From: Octopus bimaculoides | Taxonomy: Eukaryota | Length of the DNA: 64,000 nt | Direction of reading: 5' to 3' | Assembly: GCF_001194135.2 (NCBI RefSeq) | Contig: NC_068999.1 | Span: forward strand, 32,953,910 to 33,017,909 | Shown here: positions 25,761 to 39,747 of the stretch, one piece after another | Layout of the letters: each line of letters begins with the position of its first letter | Numbering within the stretch: position 1 is the first letter of the stretch | Translations under genes and position numbers: made by a program | The notes under the pieces: generated by a model | Databases searched by the model: none | What the model was told of the DNA's origin: nothing | What the model saw: only the letters and a program-made list of their open reading frames with translations

Positions 25761-26672
25761 AATTCCATTTCGTCTAATTACAATTAGATATATATATTTT
25801 TAAAGCCTGCGTATTGTTATTATTAGTATTATTATCATCATCATCCGCTACCACCCTACCTCTCCATCCCCTGCACACTGCAATAAAATTTAGTTTAATA
25901 TCAGTTTCGGTGAGATTGATATCTACCCTGTAGTTCATTTTTATCTGTAACACACAACTACAATAGACTTTTAATTAATATAAAATATATTGAAATTTAT
26001 TTTTAGTTTCTGTGGCAAATGTCTTTTTAGTTTTGCCTCTTTAAGTGGCACCAACTTGTTATAAGAACATCTGATGGCTGCTTTTGGTTCCACTCTAACG
26101 ATTGATAGAAAAAGAAAACATTCAGTTTGTTGCTATACATGGATCTGGATCTCTTTAAAAATGAGCCTGCAAAATCATAGTGGTAGTTGTAATAATAATA
26201 GTAATAGTAATAATAATAATAATTGAATCTCGTAATAATGTACTTTTCGTGACTTATACTTCCCTACTTCAGGCATGGAAGAGAAGATACTCAACAGAAG
26301 TGTATAAGATTTCAGCTATTTTCGGCCACTCCCAGCTCTTCAGACTGTACATTTCTTACTCAACCCAGCATTTATATTTTCTTACAGAACTGTTTCTTAT
26401 TCAAAACTTATCATAACCAGATTTTTTTTGCTTCTTGCCATTGTTCTTGCAACCTTCTTATAACCTGTTCAACCCCTGCTATCACCACTCCCTCTCTCAT
26501 CACCATCACTAAGTTAAATTGTGTGTAGGTGCTTCTAATAGTACAAAAACATTTGCAATGCTTGTGATGAAAATGTAAGGTTTAATGTGTATGTTTATCT
26601 CTATATATATATGTGTGTGTGTGTGTGAAGAGAGAGGGAGAGGGGTATGTATCTGTGTATGTTTAGATATAC

Positions 26673-26746
<74 letters not shown>

Positions 26747-26989
26747 AGCTATACTCTCTTCCCTCGTTAGAGCTTTTCATAGCATAGAATAATAGAGACC
26801 TGAGTTGTTACTGTGTCACAATCTAAGCTGGAGTGTACATATCAACAATAAAGTTGACATGGCCTACAGAATGTGCTCATGGATCCTTAGAACTTTCCAA
26901 TCTCACGATCCTGCTATCATCTTTCTCTTTTCCACATTTGCTTGATTCAGCCCACTGGGGTCTCCCTACACATAACAAAACATTTTGAA

Positions 26990-27450
26990 AGTTGAAGCCT
27001 CCAGAGGTTGATTACAAAAAGAAATAAAAACAAATGGCACAACAGGCCTTGATTACTAGGATTACTTATGAAAAACAAATATTCAAACTCTATTCTCTCC
27101 AACACTTCTATGAATGCTTCATCATTTGTACAATTAGAAAATATTTCATCAGCATTGTCCAAACAGTGATGGTACCAAATTCACAAGTTACCCAAAGAAA
27201 GTTAAGGCCCTGTGTTGTATGTCTTGCACAAAATAAAATCAAGAGCTCACATGACAAAACATTGGAGCACAACTTCTTTTTAAAATTCTACTGGTCCTGC
27301 TTTATTCAGAATTATCCCAAAAGAAATCCAAGAAAAAGATCTTGTAACACTCAAATAGTACCTGGACAAATTCCTCCAAGAAATATTTTAAAAACCCACC
27401 AATACCTGGATACATTTCAGAAAACAACACCACCCTGCTGAAGTTGATTG
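26990..27450 (+). mobile_element. Non-LTR LINE ORF2 C-terminal remnant (L2/CR1/Jockey group)
   Basis: FKLYSLQHFYECFIICTIRK and TGPALFRIIPKEIQEKDLVTLK*YLDKFLQEI...IPGYISENNTTLL. Confidence 0.65.
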
Positions 27451-28529
27451 CAATATTTCAAAACATGACTGAGGGTTACTCCTGGTGTAATGATCCAGAG
27501 AAGTACTTAATGCAAACTTAATGGTGGAGTTTATTTGGGTTGATCCAGTTACTTGTTACAACTATTTGTGTGTGTGTGTGTGTGTAGTTTAAATGTTTTG
27601 TGTGTATGATATATATTGTATATTTATAAATAATTGGATAGAGTTAGTGTATTATAAAGTCTCAAAATTTGAGAACTCGGGACGTTTAGTATATCATAAT
27701 ATATAAATATATATATACCACACACCTACATGTTAGCAGAATTCAGTTTTGGACAGTGTAAATGCTGTTATCTTTGTCATATATATGGAAGATAAGACAC
27801 ATTCAAGTGTATTTGCCTACCCACAAATCCATGTGTGTGTGTGTGTGTGTATATATATATTATATATATATATATATTATATATATATATATATAAATAA
27901 ATAGATAAGGAGAGAGAGAGGAGACAGAAATACGAAGTGGTTGTGGCTTTGAAGTTTTGCTGGCAGTTGTTTGACAGACAGAAACTACTTCTCTATTGAA
28001 TCCTTTTGCAGTGTATGTCACCTGTATGTTGTAAGAGGCTAGTAAAAAGGTTGCCAGGAGTAACAAATGCTTCAGAAATCTTGCCCAACCCATACCAGTA
28101 TATAAAAGAAGACATAAACAAATGATCATATGAACACATTTAGCATGCTTTAGCTTTTCATCTGAAGCCAATGTTGTATGCTCAAATATATACACTTCGG
28201 TGGAGGGATTTTTTTGTGTGTAAATCATAGAAAACTTATGTTTTTTTTTTGTTTTTTGGGTTTTTTTTACATTTAAATCCCTATAATATCCCATGTAATT
28301 AATTCTTTGGGATCAATTATTACTCCAGTAGACAGTTGGATCTTAGTTTTGGTTGGCCATTCATATTGTATTCACAGCTCTATTGGAATTTCCCGCTGAT
28401 ACAACATTTGTATGCTGTGAATCAATAAATATATATCTTTTTGTTTGCCCACTTTCTAGTTGCCAGCTATAAAGTTTGTTTGAAAACCAGTAACTTTGAA
28501 TTGTACTGGCTTCTCTATGTTATTCTGTG

Positions 28530-28720
28530 TTACTGTAGATGTTGTTGCCTTCCTTTAGCATTACAGTAGAGACTTTTGCCTTTATATTGCAGTAAAGGTT
28601 ACTGCTTTCCCTGTTGCACTGTTACAGAAGGTACTGTTGCTTTTACTATGACAGCAGATGTTTTTGTTTTCACTGTTACAGTAGATGCTCTATCATAGAT
28701 GCTGTTGCCATCACTGTCTT
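28530..28720. repeat. Degenerate ~27-bp minisatellite
   Basis: Units like acagtagatgctgttgctttcactgtt. Confidence 0.65.
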
Positions 28721-29254
28721 GCCTTGAGTCACATCAGCTTTTTCTTTATAGTGTTTATGATTTATTTGACATTTATCCACTTATCATTGCTACTTAGAAC
28801 ATGAAAATGTTTGTCTTTGGTGGAATTTCTTATCAGTTGAAATCAATCTGTGTGAAGTGTTTGTGTGTGTATTTATAAGTAATTCAATTTTTTTTCACAT
28901 TCAGTACTTAGGAAACTCCAGTTTCACATTTTCAGGCTAGAGCTTTTGTCTTTCTTCTGTAATACTAAGTGAAAATAGAAATGTTTAATGTTTCTTATTA
29001 TAATGACACAAAATAACATATAGAGTTGATGAAAATGAGCCTTTGTCAATGACACTAGCAATGTAAAAGAAATAAAACAAGTTGGAACTATACAGTTCAA
29101 CCTTAGGTGTCTTACTGTTTCTTGAGATTTGATTTGGTTTCAAGTTTGGCACATTCCATAGTGCCATAAACATTGAAATCCTTTGAAACAAGGCACACAC
29201 ACCTTTAATGACCCAGTGTTCATCCTAACTTGGAATATTTATCCCAATTTCACA

Positions 29255-29578
29255 TGGCTCAGTGGTTAGAATGTCGGGCTCACAATCATGAGGTAGTGAA
29301 TTCGATTCCTGGACCAGGTTGTGTGTTGTGTTCTTGAGCAAGAAACTTTATTTCATGTTGCTCCAGTTCACTCATATGTAGAAATGAGTTGCAATGTCAC
29401 TGGTGCCAAGCTGTGATGGCTCTTGCCTTTCCTTTGGATAACACCGGTGACATGGAGAGGGAAGGCTGGTATGCATAGGTGACTGCTGGTCTTCCATAAA
29501 CAATCTTACCTGGACTTGTACCTTGGAGGGGAACTTTCTAGGTGCAATCCCATGGTCATTCATGACTGAAGTGGGTCA
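29255..29578 (+). mobile_element. tRNA-derived SINE
   Basis: TGGCTCAGTGG A box and GAATTCGATTCC B box. The body is shared with 37711-38070 (reverse) and 60340-60500. Confidence 0.85.
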
Positions 29579-30559
29579 TGTTTTTAACATTGAGTAGTTG
29601 GTCCAAAGTAACCTTTCTGTTACGTATGTTGTATAGAAGTAAAAAAATGTGCTCCTCTCTAGTTGATCATCATTTTCCATTCATTTTCTCATGTTTGTTC
29701 AGAGTGGATGGATCCTCTCCCCCACAGCATCCTGCCAACTTCTGTTCTTTTGACACCTTTTTTGGAAGGTTCTGCATCAGATAATATTTTTCAATTTCAT
29801 TGCCACAGTACCAGCTACTTGCAAGTGTCCTATACTCCTTCTCTTGCACTTTTATTACTTCTCACCTGAAAGTTCAAGCCACACCTTAAAGTTCAGTTTC
29901 TCTCTATACTGATATTTCTGTTACAACTGTTACACATTCATGGCTTAGGTTCAAGGTTTGTTGGCCACATGTCCCACTTAAGCTGGTCTCTTGTCTAACA
30001 GTGATGTCTGTTGTGAAGTCACACTCTTAGTGAATTGAAAATAGTTTCTGTTATTTGTTGATTCATAACAATGGTCAGTTTGGCCACACAGGAAGATAAT
30101 TTGGACTCTATCATCACAAATTAGTTAGATATCCAACTGATTTAGGACAGCAGTGACTCATGATTTAATTGTTCAACCTTTCTCGTCTTCCCATTTTGAA
30201 CTGTTGCAGTGGATTTCAACCAGTTCTTAAACATGTTTATGTCTTAGGCACCAACACGTGTGAAGCTCACATTAACACATTGTGGGCTATATTCATTCCT
30301 GTGTTGTGTATAATGTATTTTGAATTTTATTTAAACTTTCGGTGCAGAGCTCATATGGTATACTTTTTTTATAATGTGATTACCAGTTATAATATGTCTT
30401 CAACAAAGTTTTTAAGTATCTTTGTTTCATTCTTGGTTGTTTACAAATAAATTCACACACTGTCATTATGTTTACTTCAAGTTATCTAATTGACATGACT
30501 GTTTCACCTCTAGGTAACTATCAATCAACTGCAAGACTGACTTGGCGTTCTTAGGCAGT

Positions 30560-30784
30560 ATAACCCTTTGGCATTTAATCCAGCCATATCTAGTCCAAAT
30601 ATTCTATCTGTTTTACATTAAAACTAATCAGATCCAAACCTCTCACACCTATCCTACAATATCATTCTAAGAATATACAAACATACCATTGAAATCTTGA
30701 AACTACAAGATAATGTGTTAATTCAAAACTGTGTGAATAAATAAGCAATACATTTGACAAAATTCTGAATGCTAAAAGGGTTAA
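30560..30784. mobile_element. piggyBac-like MITE
   Basis: Ends taaccctttggcatt ... aatgctaaaagggttaa: CCCTT TIRs with TTAA-like flanks. Confidence 0.65.
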
Positions 30785-33700
30785 ACCTCTGTCTAATCCT
30801 ACGTTTAACATTCAGCTGAATTACCATACAGCAGTGTTGTTACTTTTTGTGATGTTAGCAAGGGCATGACATAGTTTCTACAGTGAAAGTATTTCCTAAC
30901 TTTTACATGTTAATGATTGCTGTTGCTTTACTTGGATCTTAATTTGCTGGTAACCATCTATGGAATGGTTCGAAACATAAAATTATGAAATTATCTCCTA
31001 GTTGTGAGAAGAGATTAATAATTTTAACTCTGATCCAGTTAGCCTATGATGAAAATTGTTTCGGCCATAACAATCTCATTTACTTTTTCAAAGTTACCAG
31101 CATAACTAGGACTGCATTATCCAGTGTACTGTACGTTCTGTTAAAGATGTAACTTTGAGAGCGGTTTGGCTTAAGTTTCTAACTGATTAGCTACATAGAG
31201 GAGACTTTCTCATTAGTTCAGTGAAGGAATGGTTGGGAAAGATGGAATATCATCACCTTGTGTATGTGTATAACGAATGTACAAATATTAAAAAAAAAAA
31301 AGATAGTACATCGATTTGTTCAAAGCTGATGTCTCATCCATTACTACTCAGTTTCTCACTCTGTACATTTCTTCTAGTGGAAAAATAATGAACTCTGTGT
31401 GTGTAAATAACAGAAATGTTTCAATAGTTAGGATTGTCAAGATTTGTTACCTTTGTTGTTAAGAAATTGTTTTTCCACTTTCTACTAGAGGTAGAGTATA
31501 GGAAAACATTTTTATGGAACAAGTAGTGTATGGCAATGAGAGTACCATGTGGCACACAAAGAGACAAACCTAAAAGGTACCTGCCACAAGCTTCACAGCA
31601 TCTGTGAAACCTTACCCTGTACTACCAAGAAGGAATTTCAAGATTGTCTTCTTGGTATGTCTATCAGGCTTATCATGAGGGCTCAAAACAACTGGTGTGA
31701 GCACAAGACCAAAATAAGAAATCTGTGGGCACATCTCTACCATCTCTATTGTTTCTCAACGAAAGGTAAGCTCTTATGACTGCTACTTTTGTACCAAACT
31801 CCAGACCATTTCAGATGTTATATTTTGGAGAATTCTGCACCCTAATAGAGAGTGAAAACTGTTCAATTGGATTAATGTCAGTGATAGAGACACAAGATGA
31901 AATTGATCAAACAAGCCTAATGGTGGGCCGAGATTCCTAGCATGACATAGTGAATTGCATCTCAATTTTGGTCATTTGAAGAGCATGATCTGTGAGTACT
32001 GTCTGATAGTGAGTAACACAAGCTGTGAATATTGTGAGTATATATAAGACTTGAAGAACTAGTTTGGTGTAATATTTTGTTGAGTATGCAATGTTAAATT
32101 TTGGGGTGGAGAAAGTACCATTAAATGAGTTATCAATGTTATTGACAGGTTATTTTACAGCAGTTTAAACATTGAAGATGAATGAAGGATGTATGTATAC
32201 CTGATGGTCAGTGACTACAGACTGTAAAATACTATTTAATCAAATATGAGGGTATTAAGGCTCCCCAAAGGAGTTTTTACATGTGTATTGATATCAGTCG
32301 ATGTAAGCCAATGTTGTCTCCTCTCACAATGGTTTTACTTTATTCTGATGTTTTTACATATTTCACACATAAGCTCTTTTGATATAAACCTGCCTGAAGT
32401 TACTCCTGATATTACAATACAAATTTTCTCTTAAAGTGATCTAAATTAAAACCGTCCATCAAAATTTCATGTTAATTTGTGTTCCAAACACCAGCTTAAT
32501 AATGAGTTATTTGACTAAATTCATCATTATTTCTAAAATCAACTAAAACAGTTTATTTCAACAGAAATAAAGTAACAAAAGGATTAAATATTTTGGCATT
32601 CTTGTAGAATAGAGTTAGGAATTGTTTACCACAAAAAAAAAAAAGCTAATTTCTTCAGATCTGTATGTTTTAGGCATCAGAGATATGAAGGGGGGGGTAA
32701 GTGTGGGGGCATCTCACCTCATAACTTTTCAGTTTTGACTTTTCCCTGAAAATCATTTTTTTTAATGCTTAAAAGGTACAGCTCCAAAGAAATTATGTTC
32801 TGACTCTATGCTGTAGGAATGCCAATATATTTTATCAATTATGAATTATTGTTTCAAAAATATATTAAAGGTGTTTAATTTGCAGATCAAGTTTTTGAGT
32901 GCAAATATTTAGATAATTAGTTTTCAGTCGTTTTAAATGGAGTGGTATTGCAACACTCAAGCATATCACATTTCTGATCCTCTACATTTGACCTGCTAAA
33001 TGTAGAAACTGTATCTTCCTCAAATTGCACCTTACCATCTTGAAAAAAGGAAACATAAATTGGACAACATAGTCTTTGATAGATCTAGGGTTAAGTAATA
33101 ATCACCTTAAACTAACTGTTATAGTAAACTATCAATTTAACTTTTCTGCCTTATTGTTGCTTGTCTTAAGATCTTTCAGTAAAAATACCATATAAGACCA
33201 GTATAATGTTTTGGTTTTTTTTTCTTATAAAACTCATGTAGTTGTAAAGTATGTCTCTGTTGAATTTTCTGATTTACTAGATTAGCCCTTTCTGTCCTCT
33301 TATACTTCCATAGTCAGGTTGGTGCCAGATCTTACTTGTTAAGTTCTCTTTTTACACAGTTTGGCATTCTGGAGTTCTCTTCTTGCACATTTTTTTCTGC
33401 AGCCTTTAACTTGCAAATATTCCTGAGGAACATTTGCAAGTTGAAGGCTGCTGGAAAGACTCTAGTCACAATCCCTTCCTTCAAACCGAACCAATAAAGT
33501 AATAAAATAAAATTTTTTGTGAAAAATATTTGGTAAATGAGGATTCTTTGAGCCTGCATTGTCAATTTGACATGAATAAGTATCCCTGAATGAAAGCAAG
33601 TTGAGGAAGTTTATGCCATAAAAAGAAAAGAACATTAACTTGAAGAATAACAATTGATTTGGAAATGTGCCAAGTGTATGGTGGGATAAGAAGGAACTTC

Positions 33701-34039
33701 CTGCTAACCCACTTTATATATACTATGTATATCAGCTTTTCTTTAAGTAGCTTCCATTAAAACATTCTGGGATTTTGCAAGATAAGAAGTGTTTGATAAA
33801 ATGCAATAATGATTTATTTTATTAAAAAAAGAAAAATGTTTTTTTTTTCACCATTATCAAAATAAGTTACTAGCAAATTTATGGAAATTCTACAGGTTTC
33901 ATTAGTGAAAGCTGAGAACTGTAGTTGTGATGATGGAGATGACAGCAAATGGCAGGCAAGACAGAGAGGGGGTGGAGTGAGAGAGGGAGTTCTGATGAAT
34001 GTTAGTAGAGGTAGTCAGAGTGAAAGATAGGACAAAAAG

Positions 34040-34579
34040 NNNNNNNNNNNNNNNNNNNNNNNNNNNNNNNNNNNNNNNNNNNNNNNNNNNNNNNNNNNNN
34101 NNNNNNNNNNNNNNNNNNNNNNNNNNNNNNNNNNNNNNNNNNNNNNNNNNNNNNNNNNNNNNNNNNNNNNNNNNNNNNNNNNNNNNNNNNNNNNNNNNNN
34201 NNNNNNNNNNNNNNNNNNNNNNNNNNNNNNNNNNNNNNNNNNNNNNNNNNNNNNNNNNNNNNNNNNNNNNNNNNNNNNNNNNNNNNNNNNNNNNNNNNNN
34301 NNNNNNNNNNNNNNNNNNNNNNNNNNNNNNNNNNNNNNNNNNNNNNNNNNNNNNNNNNNNNNNNNNNNNNNNNNNNNNNNNNNNNNNNNNNNNNNNNNNN
34401 NNNNNNNNNNNNNNNNNNNNNNNNNNNNNNNNNNNNNNNNNNNNNNNNNNNNNNNNNNNNNNNNNNNNNNNNNNNNNNNNNNNNNNNNNNNNNNNNNNNN
34501 NNNNNNNNNNNNNNNNNNNNNNNNNNNNNNNNNNNNNNNNNNNNNNNNNNNNNNNNNNNNNNNNNNNNNNNNNNNNNNN

Positions 34580-34641
<62 letters not shown>
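34040..34641. other. Assembly gap (N) flanked by (CT)n(TA)n microsatellite; similar gaps at ~4580, ~5241, ~37840, ~39660 and ~53832
   Basis: N runs are adjacent to (CT)n, (TA)n or (CA)n tracts, typical of short-read draft scaffolds. Confidence 0.95.
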
Positions 34642-34647
<6 letters not shown>

Positions 34648-35569
34648 CTTTTGTCCATGTTGTTGTTGTTCTATTATGACTATATCCAAGTCATCGTTTC
34701 TTTATTTTATTGATAACCAGCAACAAAAACCATCATCTTAGACTAACAGATCCTGCTAGGAAACTATTGAGTGATTGAGTTGATTAAAATACACACTATA
34801 TATTCACTTGTTTAACAACAAACATCTGAGAATTGATTTATCTATGTCACACACACACACACACACACACACACATGCAAACTTATAATTCCTTGGGTTT
34901 TTCATTAAGTGTAAATAGCTTCTTGGAATCTGTTCAATTGATGTCTAAAATCTCAAAAGAATTGGTCTCTCTTTTGCTTTATTTATTTCTTTTTTTGATT
35001 TTTAAAAATATATTGTTGATTTCCATAGCAATAGAAATCTGTGGCGGATGACATTAATGGGTCGTTAAAGTGTTGCTAGTTAGTTGGCTATAGACAGCTT
35101 ATCGACCGCTGCTGATGATGGTTGAGTGTGGTGATGGTGGCGTGGTTGCATTCATTTTTTGTTTTTTTGTCTTTTCTTCAGTTTCTCTGGTCAGATCCTA
35201 TCCAATCATTTCAGAGTCCTAACTTGTTGATATTGTGCTTAGAATGTGGAGGAATATCAACAAAAATAAACAACGTCCAACTTTGTGGAATAGAAAAGAT
35301 TTTAGTTCATATTGTGATGGTAGTTGTTGTTGCTATTATAAAGTATGGACAAAATGTATTTGGTTACTTTGTTGTATTTTCATATTCTTAGTTTTATCCT
35401 AAGTCCAAAGAAAGTTGCCAATAAAGGAATCTCACGTTCGTGTGTATCAATATCACAGCTTGGTTTTATATCTTTAACCCTTTCTACACAAACCTATCTC
35501 ATATTTTAGGATACAGATCTCTCAATTTACACTGTATTTTAAAATTTTTTATCATAATTTTGTGAAAGA

Positions 35570-35840
35570 CTCATTTTGTTATGTTCCTTATACTATTATG
35601 ATATACCAAGGTATATGTATTGTTAAACTTCATCTTAATATGCCAATATACAGTTATTCTTTGTTCTGTCCCAAATACCATCTTAATATACTAATATATA
35701 TTTGTTTTTAGCTATGTTCCAACCAGCTTCTAAATATACCAATTTACATATTAGTCTCTTATGTCCTAAAAGCCATCTTTGTCCCTAACCATATTCTAAA
35801 TATTCTAAATATATATCTTTTGTTATTCCAGACACCAAAT
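35570..35840. repeat. Degenerate ~48-bp AT-rich tandem repeat
   Basis: Recurrent atcttaatata.caatata.a...tt.tgt.cc..a..cc units. Confidence 0.6.
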
Positions 35841-35954
35841 TCAAAAAGCTGGTTATTTTGTCAAATACCTCCACCTCCACATCTTAATTATTTTAATTCA
35901 ATTAAAACACATAGACAATATATCCCATTAGAAATATGAGTCTGAAAGGATCAG

Positions 35955-36180
35955 TGCTCTATCATCTACAATATTCCATCATTCCTGTGCATCCTATCAA
36001 ATTATTCATGGTTGAGTGGTTAAGATGGTGAATCAGTGGTCTGCATAAGTACACAAGTACTTAATTATATCATCTCTAACTTTCCACAATTCCTATACAT
36101 TATGTCTATCAAATCATTTGTAGTTGGCTGGTCAAGATGCCGAACTAATAGTCTGTATGAGTACACAAGTACTTATATAG
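35955..36180. repeat. Diverged ~115-bp tandem duplication
   Basis: Two copies of ...ctatcaaat.att..t.gttg..tggt.aagatg..gaa...gt..g.at.agtacacaagtactta. Confidence 0.7.
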
Positions 36181-36317
36181 ACTAGTGTAGCCTGTGTGAC
36201 TGTAACACAGTATCTACTACAACATTTCAGCTACCCTGGATAGCCACACGCTCACACTCTCACAATGGTCATCAACTCAAAAGACAACAGTCCTATATAT
36301 ATATATATATATATATA

Positions 36318-36733
36318 TAGTCAAAAGAAGAAAAGAAAATGGAGGTAAGGGAGTTAGCAATTATTTGCTATTAACAAATTGGTCATCTTTGCTTCTTACA
36401 GCTGTTTCAATTAATACTCAGTAATTTAATTACAAATTTGTACATTAGATTTGCATTTGTTACATGAGCATAATTTCATCAGAAAAAAAAATGTACTTTG
36501 GGATGTTATATGTGAAATGAATTGATAGGTCCACATTTAACATCCGAAGGTACATTTTTTTCTCTCTGATGAAATTATGCTCATGTCACATAAATGTAAA
36601 TTTAATGTACAAATTTGTAATTAGATTATTGAGTATTAATTGAAACTGCTGTAAGAAGCAAAGATGACCAATTTGCTAATAATAAATAATTGTTAACTCC
36701 CTTATCACCATTTTCTTTTCTTCTTTTAACTGG
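36318..36733. mobile_element. Fold-back element (~200-bp arms, ~25-nt loop)
   Basis: aaaagaagaaaagaaaatggaggtaagggagttagc...catcagaaaaaaaaatgtac pairs with gtacatttttttctctctgatg...gttaactcccttatcaccattttcttttcttctttt. Confidence 0.9.
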
Positions 36734-36866
36734 ATATAAACTATATGCTTAATATATCTTTTTAAGGGAATTTCATTCCACAACACTACTAGATATTGAA
36801 CCAGCATTTCCTTGGATGCAACCATCCCTTCACGAGATTAACATATCCTCTAATTAAATTTACAAA

Positions 36867-37347
36867 TCCGAGGTCTGATCAATAAATATCCAGACTATTG
36901 CCATAGTAACGAAGCTAATGCACACAGAGTGAAGCCACTTGGCACAGATTGACTTTGGACTCTGCTGTGCATGCACACTAAGTTTTAATGTTCTACTCAC
37001 TTCCATTTACAGCAGTGCTTGGGAGGAAGGTTTGCAGCTGACCAAAAAGGCACAAAATCTCCTTAATTGTATCGAGAACAATGAAAACTTTGTGTAGGCC
37101 TCTGAATAGAATCGCCAAGCTTTTGGCAAAATTTGCTGCAGATTCTCTGCTCAACTTTCTCTGTCATGGTCAATGTGACAATCACATGCTACACACGTAT
37201 TTTCCAAGCACTGCTGTAAGCAGTAGGAGTGAGCTAGAATGTTAAAACTTAGTGCTCAAGGTCAATCTGTGTCAAGCAACTTCTCTCTGCATGCTTTAGC
37301 TTCGTTACTATGGCAATAGTCCAGATGCTTATTGATCAGACCACGTA
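36867..37347. mobile_element. Mariner-type MITE with ~150-bp imperfect terminal inverted repeats
   Basis: The left end cgaggtctgatcaataaatatccagactattgccatagtaacgaagcta...cagcagtgcttgg pairs with the right end ccaagcactgctg...tagcttcgttactatggcaatagtccagatgcttattgatcagaccacg, which is followed by TA. Confidence 0.85.
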
Positions 37348-37710
37348 TATATATATATAATGGAAGGAGGGATATCCAGATTTTCAAAAATATCCAACTT
37401 ATACAAAAGTAAAACAATCAGTTGCATGACTTTTAAATGCCTTTGTAGTGCATCAGTCTCGTGTTTTTAATGTTACATCACAAAATATCTGAAAGTTGAA
37501 TCAAACTTTGAAGTGGTGTTGTGTTGCATCCATGATTGGCCTCTTCAGCTTTAATTTCCTCAGCCAGTTAGATTAATATGTTCCACTCCCGCTTCAGGGT
37601 GAACTCCTAGATTGTGTGAATAGGAATCCTGTGAGGAAACTCTCAAGTAATCCATGATTTTCTTTGAATATCAATGGTCTTGTTCCATACTTCTTGGTAA
37701 GGGTAAAGGT

Positions 37711-38070
37711 AAAAGACCCCCTTTGGTTATGAATGACCATGGGATTGCATCTAGAAAGTTCCCCTTGGAGGTACAAGTCAGGCAAATTTGTTTATGGAAG
37801 ACCAGCAATCACCTGTGCATATTAGCCTCCCCTCTCCACNNNNNNNNNNNNNNNNNNNNNNNNNNNNNNNNNNNNNNNNNNNNNNNNNNNNNNNNNNNNN
37901 NNNNNNNNNNNNNNNNGCATCAGTGATGTTGCAACTCATTTCTACAACTGAGTGAACTGTAGCAATGTGAAATAAAGTGTCTTGCTCAAGAACACAACAC
38001 ACAGCCCAGTTCGGGAATCAAACTCTCTACCTCATGACTGTGAGCCTGATGCTCTAATCACTGAGCCATG
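37711..38070 (-). mobile_element. tRNA-derived SINE (reverse copy, interrupted by an N gap)
   Basis: Reverse complement of the 29255-29578 family; the head reads tggctcagtgattagagcatcaggctc on the minus strand. Confidence 0.8.
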
Positions 38071-38674
38071 CAGTCCCCTGGGGCATAGGCCATCAACAAT
38101 CTCCCTCCATGCATCCCTGTTCTAGACCTTCCTCTGCAGTTGTCTGCTACCATTATCCCCACTTGTGTCCCATCCCACTCTTAGCATGTCACTCAGAGAA
38201 TTCCAGAAATTCACTGAGCTCAGATTTGCTTTGGTTTTTTCCAACATTTCTGTTGTTGTGTGATTTTTATGGGTTTTTGTAGAGTTTTTATAGGTCTTTT
38301 TAAAGGTTTTTGTAGAGCAAAGCTTCCCACCACATGCCAAGTCCCTGAACCCCCTCACCCACTAATCTGGATGACCAGGGGCTACTCTTTGAGCTGCCCA
38401 GCATGACTGAACCTGTTAAGGAGGTTGAACCCTCAGCCAGTATGGCCCTCAGGGTCATAAATGCATGAAAGCTCTCTAACCATGGCAAAGCAGCAGTCAG
38501 TGAGGGGAACCTGATGCTCTTGTTTATATCTGTTCAGGGTAACATGTGGTCTATATTGTTACTAAATGCGTTACTTACCACATAGAAAAAAGCTGTTGTT
38601 ATGTCAGAAACTTCACCTTTGCAACAATTTGAAGATATTTCAATAATCGATGTCGATAGAATTTATAAAACATA

Positions 38675-39067
38675 GGCGCAGGAGTGGCTGTGTGGTAAGT
38701 AGCTTGCTTACCAACCGCATGGTTCCGGGTTCAGTCCCACTGCGTGGCACCTTGGGCAAGTGTCTTCTACTATAGCCTCGGGCCGACCAAAGCCTTGTGA
38801 GTGGATTTGGTAGATGGAAACTGAAAGAAGCCCGTCGTATATATGTATATATATATGTATATGTGTGTGTCTGTGTTTGTTCCCCCAACAACGCTTGACA
38901 ACTGATGCTGGTGTGTTTCCGTCCCCGTAACTTAGCAGTTCGGCAAAAGAGACCGATAGAATAAGTACTAGGCTTCCAAAGAATAAGTCCTGGGGTCGAT
39001 TTGCTCGACTAAAGGCGGTGCTACAGCATGGCCACAGTCAAATGACTGAAACAAGTAAAAGAGTAAA
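38675..39067 (+). mobile_element. tRNA-derived SINE with a central (TA/TG)n tract, apparently full length
   Basis: ggcgcaggagtggctgtgtggtaag..gggttcagtcccactgcgtggcaccttgggcaagtgtcttctactatagcc head/core and ...gactgaaacaagtaaaaga tail. Partial related copies at ~3320-3460, ~39400-39870 (reverse) and ~44520-44590 (reverse). Confidence 0.85.
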
Positions 39068-39704
39068 CTTTTGATAGTACATGAATTAATTCTCTTTTTG
39101 AAATTGGATCTTGATGCACATAAATGCTATAAATAATAACATGTAAATATTGGGTTGAAAATCCATTTTGGATAGAAATATTTGAAGGCTACCTATGGGA
39201 TATGAACCCACATCTTTTGTAGACATAACAAGAATTATTTCAACATGACATAGGCAGTCTCCAACTGCTAAAATGTGGTCACATCCCACTGCAATCAGTC
39301 TGGAGTTGCTGTGTCTATGGTTAAATATACTGAATTCTACTGTTAGAGGTTTGCCTACTGCAAGCACCTGTTCTCCAACTCTTTGAAGAAACTCAGTTGT
39401 GAAAGCTTAGTCTCCAATCCAGGTTATCCTTTTAATATCACAGAAACCATATCTCTTATCTTTTGTTTCAGTCATTAGACCATGGCCGTACTGGGACAGT
39501 ACTTACAAGGGTTCTTAGTTGAATGACTTGACCCCAGTACTTATATAGCCTGTTACTTGTTCTGATGCTCTTTTGCTGAATCAGTAAGTTTCTGGAGTGT
39601 AATCATTTAACACCAGTCATCAAACAATAGCCGGGGACAAACAGATGCACGGATCTCTCNNNNNNNNNNNNNNNNNNNNNNNNNNNNNNNNNNNNNNNNN
39701 NNNN

Positions 39705-39747
<43 letters not shown>

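Noticed and set aside
31549-31771. ORF ending at an AAAG|GTAAGC donor
   Set aside because: Phase 1, no clear acceptor, and no recognisable protein similarity. Probably a decayed repeat.
33999-34679. Long ORFs in the track (also 4455-4813, 5177-5785, 53667-53933)
   Set aside because: Artefacts of N gaps and (CT)n/(TA)n microsatellites.
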